In this document: in pieces, positions 11,249 to 19,617 of the stretch
Layout of the letters: every line of letters starts with the position of its first letter
Numbering within the stretch: position 1 is the stretch's first letter
NCBI RefSeq assembly: GCF_000008385.1
Contig: NC_006833.1
Coordinates: 150,001-182,000 of the forward strand
Reading direction: 5' to 3'
Origin: Wolbachia endosymbiont strain TRS of Brugia malayi
GTDB lineage: Bacteria > Pseudomonadota > Alphaproteobacteria > Rickettsiales > Anaplasmataceae
DNA length: 32,000 nt
Program-made: the position numbers and the translations under genes
Notes under the pieces: model-generated
The model's database searches: none
What the model saw: only the letters and a program-made list of their open reading frames with translations
Told to the model about the DNA's origin: nothing

Positions 11249-11935
11249 TTAAGTAGAAATAACGGGCCTGATAGGTGACTTTATACCGTTGTTAAAAACC
11301 CATATGCTAAATACAAAGCCTAAAAGCCCAGTTAGTGCAGGTACTGTTAACTTTTTTACTGGCGCCCAAAAAGGATACAGAGAAAAGTGGAAAATGCTTC
11401 GATGCTGCTATCCATTCACTAGGGTTTAGGAAAAGTTTAAGTGTGTTAGGAAAAAATGATATAATTGAGTATAGAAGTGAAACGCTAAAACCAAGAATAA
11501 GAAAATGCTAACAGAAATAAGTATTGATGACTCAGTAAGAGCAAAACCCATGGCAGGCAAAAAAACTGTTGTCAGCTTTATCTGAACGAGAAAATATAAG
11601 AGAAATATCAAACAAGCCACAGAAACATAAGTTTATTGCAAATGTTATATTAGCAATACCAGTATACAAACAGGAGATTGCATATTAAAATCCCAGCCCG
11701 CTGCATAACCTATATCATGCAATGTCAATAGCGTTAAGTATAATATCAACATGCTAGTCAATGCTCCAGGATGTAGGCTATTTCATTTAATTTCAGCTTA
11801 AATGAGTCGCTAGGACCATTAATTATTGCTGCTATTTTTAGAGAAAGAACAGGAAAAACATAAGGCATAAAGTTAAGTATCACACCACCAATAAACGCGA
11901 ACGCTGAATTTATTAAAAACCCCACACTTTACATA
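11249..11935 (-). pseudogene. Remnant of DsbD/ScsB-like cytochrome c biogenesis-type transmembrane protein
   Basis: Reverse-strand fragments in different frames: SVGFLINSAFAFIGGVILNFMPYVFPVLSLKIAAIINGPSDSFKLKLNEIAYILE; IGYAAGWDFNMQSPVCIL (DsbD-like IGWGFQLQSP); VQIKLTTVFLPAMGFALTESSILISVSIF; KKLTVPALTGLLGFVFSIWVFNNGIKSPIRPVIST*. Frameshifts between the pieces. Confidence 0.75.
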
Positions 11936-12059
11936 TAATGAGAACTACAACACAGTCTGAAGTAAAAGAATCTGCTTAAATAGTCAATTGACTTTTTTTG
12001 CTGATATGTTAGATATTTTATATTTCTTGCACTTATGTATTAGAAGTTCCATACTTTTT

Positions 12060-12133
12060 GGCGGGCGTAGCTCAGTTGGTAGAGCGTCAGTTTGTGGTAC
12101 TGAATGTCGCCAGTTCGATTCTGGTCGCTCGCC
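12060..12133 (+). tRNA. tRNA-His (anticodon GTG)
   Basis: Acceptor stem GCGGGCG/CGCTCGC (one G-T wobble), D-arm TAGCTCAGTTGGTAGAGC, anticodon loop TTGTGGT with GTG, T-arm GCCAG TTCGATT CTGGT. Encoded G(-1) at 12060 opposite discriminator C at 12133. Confidence 0.95.
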
Positions 12134-12185
12134 TCAATAAATTTTTTTTGCTTTACGAAGGTATGAATACTAAATCAGTGTGCAA

Positions 12186-12933
12186 TTACACAGTCGGCAA
12201 AAATTCTCTAATCGTCTGAAATAAAAATTCCAACGAACGGTTGTCAGACGTGTTATGTTCTACTGATTTTACCAGATATACCTCAACATTGGTTGACTTG
12301 ACCTTTTTTGCTAAATTTAACGAAGTTTGGCAAGGAATATCTTTATCATCAATGCTGTGCAATAAACGCACAGGACAGTTTATATCTATTGTCTCTTTAT
12401 TTAAAAGAAGGTTTTTCCTGCCATCTTCTATCAAGCTTTTAGTTATTTTGTATATACAATGCTCTAAAGTAAAATCTATTACACCTTTAGAATCTAGTTC
12501 TTCTTTTTGCTTATCGGATAGTTGATAGAATATTAAATCCTCAGTAAAGTCAGGAGCAGACGATATGCCAATTAGTGCTGCAATTCCTTCTGAAAGTTGA
12601 AGAGCAGTGAGCAATATCAGCCACCCTCCCATGCTTGAACCTATAATTATTTGCTTGCCGCTAGTTAGTTTACGGATTACTCTAGCACAATTCTTTTGCC
12701 AATCATTCATCGTGTAATCAGTAAAATCACCACTTGAATAACTATGACCAAAGTAATCAAATAACACAAGTGCTATATCATTTTCTTTGACAAAATTTGT
12801 AAACAGCAGTTGCTTTAATTCCTTTCATACTGGATACAAATCCACCGAAAAAGACTATGGAAAAATTTTCCCTTCGTAGCTTGTAATATGCTATGTATTT
12901 ACCGTTTTCATCAAGCAAACTGCTGTAATTCAT
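12186..12933 (-). pseudogene. Short alpha/beta-hydrolase (serine aminopeptidase/YqiA-like) interrupted by a single frameshift
   Basis: N-terminal part (12778-12933) MNYSSLLDENGKYIAYYKLRRENFSIVFFGGFVSSMKGIKATAVYKFCQRK*. Dropping one base (tgtCaaagaaaatgat -> tgt aaa gaa aat gat) continues into KENDIALVLFDYFGHSYSSGDFTDYTMNDWQKNCARVIRKL..IIIGSSMGGWLILL (GxSxGG nucleophile motif) and IDDKDIPCQTSLNLA..SVEHNTSDN. Confidence 0.8.
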
Positions 12934-12934
12934 G

Positions 12935-13462
12935 TTATTTTGGTAAAGCAACCTGATTATCGCTTAATTGACGCAAGTAACTGACTAGATCTGCAATTTC
13001 CTGCGGATTGGAAATACCTGCAAATGCCATACGCGTACCTTTTATATAGTCTTTTGGACTCTTTAAGAAGGCAAATAACTCCTCATATCCCCACTTTCCG
13101 CCCTTTTCAAGCATTGCTTTTGAGTAATTGAATGAGTCACCGAGATGTGCTTTTTTATTTCCAACTATGTTCCATAAGTTTGGTCCTACTTTATTGGCTC
13201 CACCTTTGTCAAAACTGTGGCAAGCTATACATTTTTTCGCTATTGACTTGCCTTTCTCAAGGCTAGCACTCTGCATGAGCGCTCCAATATCAAGCGCCAC
13301 TTGTTCAATTTTTTTCTGAGGTTCATTACTACCAGTAGCTACCATTGTTTGGTGCTCAATTTTATACTTCTCTGGATTGTAAAGCATATCAACTACGTTA
13401 CTGACTATCATAATGATTAGCCCAGAAAGTAAAATCGATGCTGCAATCTTATTAAGCTCCAT
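12935..13462 (-). CDS. Membrane-anchored class I c-type cytochrome (cytochrome c552/cycM-like)
   Basis: 175 aa. N-terminal TM helix; GKSIAKKCIACHSFDKGGANKVGPNLWNIVGNKKAHLGDSFNYSKAMLEKGGKWGYEELFAFLKSPKDYIKGTRMAFAGISNPQEIADLVSYLRQ, with heme-binding CIACH and distal TRMAF. Confidence 0.93.
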   Translation of the reverse strand: MELNKIAASILLSGLIIMIVSNVVDMLYNPEKYKIEHQTMVATGSNEPQKKIEQVALDIGALMQSASLEKGKSIAKKCIACHSFDKGGANKVGPNLWNIVGNKKAHLGDSFNYSKAMLEKGGKWGYEELFAFLKSPKDYIKGTRMAFAGISNPQEIADLVSYLRQLSDNQVALPK

Positions 13463-13565
13463 AGTTAATCTTTATCAGTTAATGTTGCTTAAATTATGCG
13501 AATATTTTTACAGACGGCAAGCAATTACCTTAGCCCACCAAGGATAAAAATTTCTAATAGTTAGG

Positions 13566-13862
13566 TCACTGTTTCCATTCAGCCAAAGTAACTTGTGATC
13601 CAATCACATACTTATCTGGAATAACAGCTCCAATATACCTTCTGCAAACATTGCTGTAACAATCGTTCCCGTAATAATCACCTGACGGCAGCACAATAGC
13701 TACTATTCCTGTACCCGCTGCTATTTCTCACCAAGTTGCAAATACACCAAGAAGAGCAGCATTTACGGTTGCAGCAAGGTAAACTCCAGTTGCTACACTT
13801 GAGGCTGACATAGAGATAAAGAACAGCATCAGTGCTGCTATTACAAGTTTTTCTATAATAAT
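13566..13862 (-). pseudogene. Small secreted/membrane hypothetical protein with internal stop
   Basis: Reverse frame: IIIEKLVIAALMLFFISMSASSVATGVYLAATVNAALLGVFATW*EIAAGTGIVAIVLPSGDYYGNDCYSNVCRRYIGAVIPDKYVIGSQVTLAEWKQ*. It has a signal peptide-like start after an RBS-like aaggaa, one in-frame TGA and no clear ATG. The ORF-track entry 13678..13890 is a different frame of the same DNA. Confidence 0.4.
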
Positions 13863-13886
13863 TTCCTTCCCTTTTTCTTTGTAATC

Positions 13887-14122
13887 TCATTGCGATAGTA
13901 ACAGGGCAATCCTATAGCTACAAACACTAGCAAAGCTGGAACCCGCAATTTCACCTATTACTAAAAGTGACAGGACTATAAAATTGAGCCCTAACCCTAC
14001 AATAGCTCTATTACATTATCCACTCCTACAATAACTCCTATAACTACCCTTGCATCCCACTGAAATTCATAAGATTGATCTATTTGCTCATTAAGATCAC
14101 ACTTATAATTTCTTTTTCTCAT
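13887..14122 (-). pseudogene. Small glycine-rich membrane hypothetical protein with frameshift
   Basis: MRKRNYKCDLNEQIDQSYEFQWDARVVIGVIVGVDN then a frame change to RAIVGLGLNFIVLSLLVIGEIAGSSFASVCSYRIALLLSQ*. The hydrophobic, glycine-rich character continues across the frame change. Confidence 0.35.
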
Positions 14123-14273
14123 ATAATCTCTCTAATGCTTTGCAAAAAATTTTATCATAGCACTTTTATGTTTAATTTGCAAGTTATTTACTGGAATTAC
14201 GCCATGCTTCAAAAAATGGTAAATTGCAATTGTAGAACAAACTTAAAAATTCTGGTAAAATAGTTTTGTTTAT

Positions 14274-16022
14274 TTGCAAAATATGCTACTTGGTATTGAA
14301 AAACGCGGCATAACAAATGCACTATGGAAGTTACAAGAAGCAGATCAAAGGGAAGTTTTAACCCTCACTCAGAGATTTGAATTACCAGAAATACTAGCCA
14401 GAACACTGGCTATTCGTGGTGTCAATATAGAAAATGCGGGCAATTTTTTATACCCACTAATCAGATCGCTATTACCAGATCCCTTTCATCTTCTTGATAT
14501 GGATAAAGCTGTTTTTCGCATAATACAGGCAATAAACAATGATGAAAATATAGCAATATTTGGTGACTATGATGTTGACGGTGCAACGTCATCAGCACTG
14601 ATTAGTAGGTACCTAAGAGCAATTGGTATACACTCCATAATCTACATTCCAGATCGTGTTGATGAGGGATATGGATTAAACTCAAATGCTTTATTACAGC
14701 TCAAAAAGAAAGGAATTGACTTATGTATTTCCGTTGATTGTGGTACGCTTGCATATCAGCCAATAGAAGATGCAAAAGGTTTTGGTCTTGATGTTATAGT
14801 TATTGACCATCACCTTGGCACAGAGAAATTGCCAAGTGCTATAGCAGTTGTGAACCCAAATCGTCTTGATGAGAGTTCCCCTTACAATAGCCTTGCAGCA
14901 GTTGGAGTATCATTTCTGCTAACTGTTGCTCTTAATAAAAGCTTGCGTGAGCAAGATTTTTTTGCCGGCAAAAAAGAACCAGATTTATTTGATTTACTAG
15001 ACTTAGTTGCTCTTGGAACTGTTTGCGATGTTATGCAGATTACTGGCTTGAATAGAGCATTCGTCTCACAAGGATTAAAAGTTATGTCAGCAAGAAAAAA
15101 CGTTGGCTTGCGTGTTTTGTTTGATGCTTTAGGAATTCTTGAAAGACCTAATGTTTCTCGGCTGAGTTTTAATATTGGGCCGTGCATAAATGCTGGAGGG
15201 AGAATCGGAGAAGCATTGTTAGGTGCAAGGTTACTCTCTACAGATGATAAAAAGGAGGCAGATTCTATAGCATTAAAACTGATAGATTTGAATAATGCAA
15301 GAAAGATGATGGAAAATGAGGCCCTTTTAGAGGCTATAATACAAGTGGAAAAGTCTACGCAGTCAGGTGCAAATTTTATAATGGTAAGCGGCAATTGGCA
15401 CCAGGGAGTAATTGGTATAATTGCATCAAGACTGAAGGAAAAATTTCACTTGCCGACAATAGTAATATCTTTAAACAATAGAATAGGGAAAGCAAGTTGC
15501 AGGTCAATTCCTGGAGTCGATATCGGTGCTGCAGTTCTTTCTGCAAAGTGCATGAATTTAATTATTGAAGGTGGCGGTCATAGTATGGCAGCAGGATTTT
15601 TGATTAATGAAGATAAAATGAGCGATCTACATGACTTTCTTACTGAAAGGTTTGCATACTCTACAAATGATAAAGCTTTAAAAGTTGACGGTATAGTAAC
15701 TGCTAAGGCAATAAACTTATCCCTGTGGAACCAATTGCAACGCCTCGAGCCATTTGGTGTTGGCAACCCTGAACCTAGGTTTATCATTCAAGGAGCAAAG
15801 ATCAGAAAGCCAGAAATTGTAGGAGTTGACCATATAAAATGTTTCATCGTCGATGATGACGTTATGGTCAGAGCTATTGCATTTCGTTCTGCAAATACCC
15901 ATCTTGGTTCTGCCATTATGGAGGGCAATATTGAGGCTATTTTAGGTAAAATCTCTATGAATTATTGGAACGGCAATGAGTTTGTGCAGTTTTTAATAGA
16001 AGATGTGTTGACCATCAGTTGA
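14274..16022 (+). CDS. recJ: Single-stranded-DNA-specific exonuclease RecJ
   Basis: 582 aa. IFGDYDVDGATSSALI, DEGYGLN, VSVDCGT-like ISVDCGTLAY, VIDHHLG, NPNRLDESSPYNSLAAVGVSFLL, LDLVALGTVCDVM, ALLGARLLSTDD, GHSMAAGF. Confidence 0.97.
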   Translation: MQNMLLGIEKRGITNALWKLQEADQREVLTLTQRFELPEILARTLAIRGVNIENAGNFLYPLIRSLLPDPFHLLDMDKAVFRIIQAINNDENIAIFGDYDVDGATSSALISRYLRAIGIHSIIYIPDRVDEGYGLNSNALLQLKKKGIDLCISVDCGTLAYQPIEDAKGFGLDVIVIDHHLGTEKLPSAIAVVNPNRLDESSPYNSLAAVGVSFLLTVALNKSLREQDFFAGKKEPDLFDLLDLVALGTVCDVMQITGLNRAFVSQGLKVMSARKNVGLRVLFDALGILERPNVSRLSFNIGPCINAGGRIGEALLGARLLSTDDKKEADSIALKLIDLNNARKMMENEALLEAIIQVEKSTQSGANFIMVSGNWHQGVIGIIASRLKEKFHLPTIVISLNNRIGKASCRSIPGVDIGAAVLSAKCMNLIIEGGGHSMAAGFLINEDKMSDLHDFLTERFAYSTNDKALKVDGIVTAKAINLSLWNQLQRLEPFGVGNPEPRFIIQGAKIRKPEIVGVDHIKCFIVDDDVMVRAIAFRSANTHLGSAIMEGNIEAILGKISMNYWNGNEFVQFLIEDVLTIS

Positions 16023-16032
16023 GTTACTGTAG

Positions 16033-17205
16033 CTACCTGTCAATCTCTCCGAAAACTATATCGAGTGAACCAATAATTGCTGCAACATCAGCAAGCATAT
16101 GTCCTTTTGCCATAAAATCTAGAGCTTGCAAATGTGCAAAGCCAGGTGCTCTTATTCGGCATCTATATGGTCTATTAGTGCCATCTGAAACTATATATAC
16201 TCCAAACTCGCCTTTTGGTGCCTCAACAGCTGCATAAGCCTCACCTTCTGGTACATGATACCCTTCTGAATAAAGTTTAAAATGGTGGATCAGAGCTTCC
16301 ATAGATCTTTTCATCTCGGTCCTTGGTGGTGGAGAAATTTTTCTATCTTCAGTTTTTACTGGCCCTTCAGGTATTTTCTCTATGCACTGCTTTACCAAAC
16401 TAACAGACTGTCTAATCTCTTCCATCCTCACTAGATAACGGTCATAACAATCACCATTTTGACCAACAGGTATATCAAAATCCAATTGATCATATATTTC
16501 ATATGGTTGACTTTTTCGTAGATCCCAAGCAAGCCCAGCAGCACGCAGCATTGGTCCACTAAAGCCCCAGTCAAGTGCCTGTTTGATTGATATTTCACTG
16601 ATTCCTACAGTGCGTTGCTTCCATATTCTATTTTCTGTTAAAAGCTCATCGACGTCATCTATATACTGGGGAAATTGTTCTATAAACTTTGCAATATCCT
16701 CAATCAAACCTTCTGGGACATCTGCTGCAACTCCACCTGGTCTGATGTAAGCTGCATGAAACCTTGCACCTGAAGCTCTTTCATAAAATTCCAATATCTT
16801 TTCCCTCTCTTCAAAGAGCCATAAAAGAGGAGTCATTGCGCCGACATCAAGTGCTTGGGAGGAGATATTGAGTAGATGATTTAGTATCCTTGTCAGCTCA
16901 CAAAACAAAACACGCAAATACTTTGCTCTAATTGGAACTTCACACTGCAGTAATTTCTCCACGCATAGTGAATACGCATGCTCTTGCGACATTGGTGATA
17001 CGTAGTCAAGGCGATCAAAATAAGGCAGAGCTTGGAGATAAGTTTTATGTTCTATTAGTTTTTCAGTACCACGGTGCAAAAGCCCAATGTGAGGATCAGC
17101 CCTTTCAATTATTTCACCATCCATCTCCAAAACAAGACGCAACACCCCATGCGCAGCTGGATGTTGAGGCCCAAAATTTAACATCATTGTCTTTAGATCT
17201 GACAT
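16033..17205 (-). CDS. nuoD: NADH-quinone oxidoreductase subunit D
   Basis: 390 aa. [113 protein letters not shown]. Confidence 0.98.
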   Translation of the reverse strand: MSDLKTMMLNFGPQHPAAHGVLRLVLEMDGEIIERADPHIGLLHRGTEKLIEHKTYLQALPYFDRLDYVSPMSQEHAYSLCVEKLLQCEVPIRAKYLRVLFCELTRILNHLLNISSQALDVGAMTPLLWLFEEREKILEFYERASGARFHAAYIRPGGVAADVPEGLIEDIAKFIEQFPQYIDDVDELLTENRIWKQRTVGISEISIKQALDWGFSGPMLRAAGLAWDLRKSQPYEIYDQLDFDIPVGQNGDCYDRYLVRMEEIRQSVSLVKQCIEKIPEGPVKTEDRKISPPPRTEMKRSMEALIHHFKLYSEGYHVPEGEAYAAVEAPKGEFGVYIVSDGTNRPYRCRIRAPGFAHLQALDFMAKGHMLADVAAIIGSLDIVFGEIDR

Positions 17206-17323
17206 GTCGATAGTTTAAGGTATTAGAGTTGTATAGATTAAAGTGCGGAAAGTCAATAGGCTTCTCGCATAACAAGCTAATTTTTGGTAGAGCATGGGCA
17301 TTGAACTGCCGTTAATAGAAACT

Positions 17324-17780
17324 AAAAACTACTTGACAAACCTCGCTAGCCCCCTTATCCCGATACTGGAGGTATTAAGTTACCTTCAATCTGTGCAGAT
17401 TAAAATAATAAAGTGTTATATAGTTAGCATCTTATGTTTAATTTTTTGCACTATATGTACCTTATGTCTTCACAATATTTCTAATTTTTTACCTATATAA
17501 GTTGAAACTCGCTTATAAAGCGTTTAGGACAGTATAATATACTAATTTGCAGGATTAGAGAGTAAATACTATCACCATAATATATCTTTTGCCTTTTTTT
17601 TGCCTAGTAAATTTCTAAAACATTTATGACTAAAGGTTAGTTGCAATAAAAAACAACTAAGTCGCGATTACTAAGTATTTAAAACATAAAAAAACGCTAG
17701 TGTTTTTAAATAGATATTAACTAGGGCTTCTTTTGTCTTTTTCTTACTTGGTGGATTTCTTAAATATTTGTAGCTGAAGC
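17324..17780. repeat. 457-bp intergenic repeat, copy A
   Basis: Matches 31241-31697 at constant offset 13917 with no difference seen by eye. The flanking base differs at each end (t/a on the left, a/g on the right). Contains small palindromes (cgcttataaagcg; aaaaacgctagtgttttt). Confidence 0.95.
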
Positions 17781-18003
17781 AATTTAGAAGCAGCAGCGCC
17801 ACAAAAAATGTTAATATTTAAAATAATAAATATCTGCCTTTTTTCTAGGTTATGCAAAAAGTCTATTTTCTACATAAGATCTGTTGAAAAGGAAAGAATC
17901 TCTTTTTTTGTACCTGCTTGAATGAGGATTTAAGAAACAGAGATTTTGACTTCTTGTCCAATTATGGTAAGTAATTGGGGCCAGTTTGAAAAATGGCATT
18001 CAT

Positions 18004-19074
18004 CTATAATTCAATAGTTTTGAAATAATCAATATAGTTACCAAAATTATTTTGATCTACATCAGTTATCCAGGCTTGACATCGAATACTTAACATCTCT
18101 TCTATTAACACTTTTCTATAATACTTATCCAGGTGAGACATTATATCATCAAGTAGAAGGAGAGGTGCCTTATTGTAATGAATACACCTTGCTTTTACAC
18201 TAGATAAAATAATAGAAAGCAGTAATAACTTCTGTTCTCCAGTAGAACACAGATTTATTGGTAAGTCTCTTCTTTGACAAAAAACCTGAAATTTATCGTT
18301 ATTTACACAAAAGGTTATCCTACCAGTCAACGAGTCTTTTTCTCTATTTTCCCTTAAACGATTCTGAAAATATTTTGCAGTATCGCTTAAAGTTAGCTGG
18401 CTGTTAAATTTCAAACTCACCTTTGGAAAAAATTGAGTAGAATAGCTATTAATTGTGTCCTGCAACATTTTTAAAACAGATAATCGCATATCTAAGATAT
18501 TAACTGCATTAACAGCCATGATATTCTCAAGGCTAGAAAGCCAACTCTTGTTTAAAATGTTTTCCCTTAACAGTCTACCTCGCTCGCGTTTAGCTTTTCT
18601 ATATCTCATATAGTAGCAAGCGTAATTTTCTTCAAATAGTGAAACTATACGGTCTAAGAATTTCAACCTATCACTTGGAGAATTAAGAAGAATATAATCC
18701 ATTTGTGGAATTAGCCATATTACATTGGATATTCTATATAGAGATGAGTAACTTGATTGCATTTTTCCACCAATTTGTATCAGCTTCTTATTGAAACTTT
18801 TTGCAATACCGATTGAGTTAAGGTCTGCTCCATTAAAAAAATCATAGTGCACTGCCCAATCTTTATTACTGAATCTATTTTGCATCTCACTGGCTTTTGC
18901 TTTTTTCATCCCATTGCTTTTAGCAAGCAACGAGATTGCTTCAAGTATATTAGTTTTACCGATACCATTTTTGCCAATTATCACAACTGAACTGTCATCT
19001 GAGTCCAGTTCAAAATTTAAATGGTTACGAAAATTACTTAATTTCAACTTTTTTATGTAGCAATGGGCAGCCAT
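18004..19074 (-). CDS. recF: DNA replication and repair protein RecF
   Basis: 356 aa. IKKLKLSNFRNHLNFEL, VVIIGKNGIGKTNILEAISLLA (Walker A), FLDRIVSLF, STGEQKLLLLSIILSSVKA, PLLLLDDIMSHLD. Confidence 0.92.
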   Translation of the reverse strand: MAAHCYIKKLKLSNFRNHLNFELDSDDSSVVIIGKNGIGKTNILEAISLLAKSNGMKKAKASEMQNRFSNKDWAVHYDFFNGADLNSIGIAKSFNKKLIQIGGKMQSSYSSLYRISNVIWLIPQMDYILLNSPSDRLKFLDRIVSLFEENYACYYMRYRKAKRERGRLLRENILNKSWLSSLENIMAVNAVNILDMRLSVLKMLQDTINSYSTQFFPKVSLKFNSQLTLSDTAKYFQNRLRENREKDSLTGRITFCVNNDKFQVFCQRRDLPINLCSTGEQKLLLLSIILSSVKARCIHYNKAPLLLLDDIMSHLDKYYRKVLIEEMLSIRCQAWITDVDQNNFGNYIDYFKTIEL

Positions 19075-19090
19075 TAGCCTATTCTTTAAT

Positions 19091-19558
19091 TTATATTTTC
19101 TTTACTGCTTCCAGAACCTCATTAACATGTCCACTAACTTTTACGTTCTCCCAGATTCTCACTATCTTATCTTTTTTATCTATTAAAAAAGTAGTGCGTT
19201 CTATTCCCATATACTTTTTGCCAAACATACTCTTTTCTACCCAAACACCATATTTTTCCAACATTTTAGCGTTTTCATCAGAAATTAAATAAAATGGTAG
19301 AGAATATTTTGCCTTGAAGCTAGCGTGGCACTTAATACTATCTCTTGATGCACCAATTATCACTGTATCAAGGGAAGAAAAATCATTTATTTTATCTCTA
19401 AAGCCTTTTGCTTCCAGCGTACAACCTGGTGTATCGTCTTTAGGGTAAAAATAAAGAACTATATTTTTTTTATCAAAAAAATCACTCAATGATAAATTTT
19501 CACCAGAATCTGTTGGTAAACTAAAATCCGGTGCATTATTTCCTACTGCCAATTCCAC
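19091..19558 (-). CDS. bcp: Thioredoxin-dependent thiol peroxidase / bacterioferritin comigratory protein (peroxiredoxin)
   Basis: 155 aa. GNNAPDFSLPTDSGENLSLSDFFDKKNIVLYFYPKDDTPGCTLEAKGFRD. Confidence 0.95.
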   Translation of the reverse strand: MELAVGNNAPDFSLPTDSGENLSLSDFFDKKNIVLYFYPKDDTPGCTLEAKGFRDKINDFSSLDTVIIGASRDSIKCHASFKAKYSLPFYLISDENAKMLEKYGVWVEKSMFGKKYMGIERTTFLIDKKDKIVRIWENVKVSGHVNEVLEAVKKI

Positions 19559-19617
19559 ATCTCCCTCCGTTAATAATACTTATAATAAATTGTAGTCAGA
19601 GTTTTCAAGAATTCTAG

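Noticed and set aside
13678-13890. 70-aa ORF MRLQRKREGNYYRKTCNSS...
   Set aside because: A different frame of the same DNA gives a more protein-like sequence with a signal peptide and longer extent; the listed frame is likely spurious.
14882-15394. 170-aa minus-strand ORF inside recJ
   Set aside because: Fully antisense to the strongly supported recJ; no recognisable motifs.
17294-17500. 68-aa plus-strand ORF overlapping the 457-bp repeat
   Set aside because: It lies mostly in the non-coding repeat, and copy B (31241-31697) lacks the same start context, so it gives no evidence of coding.
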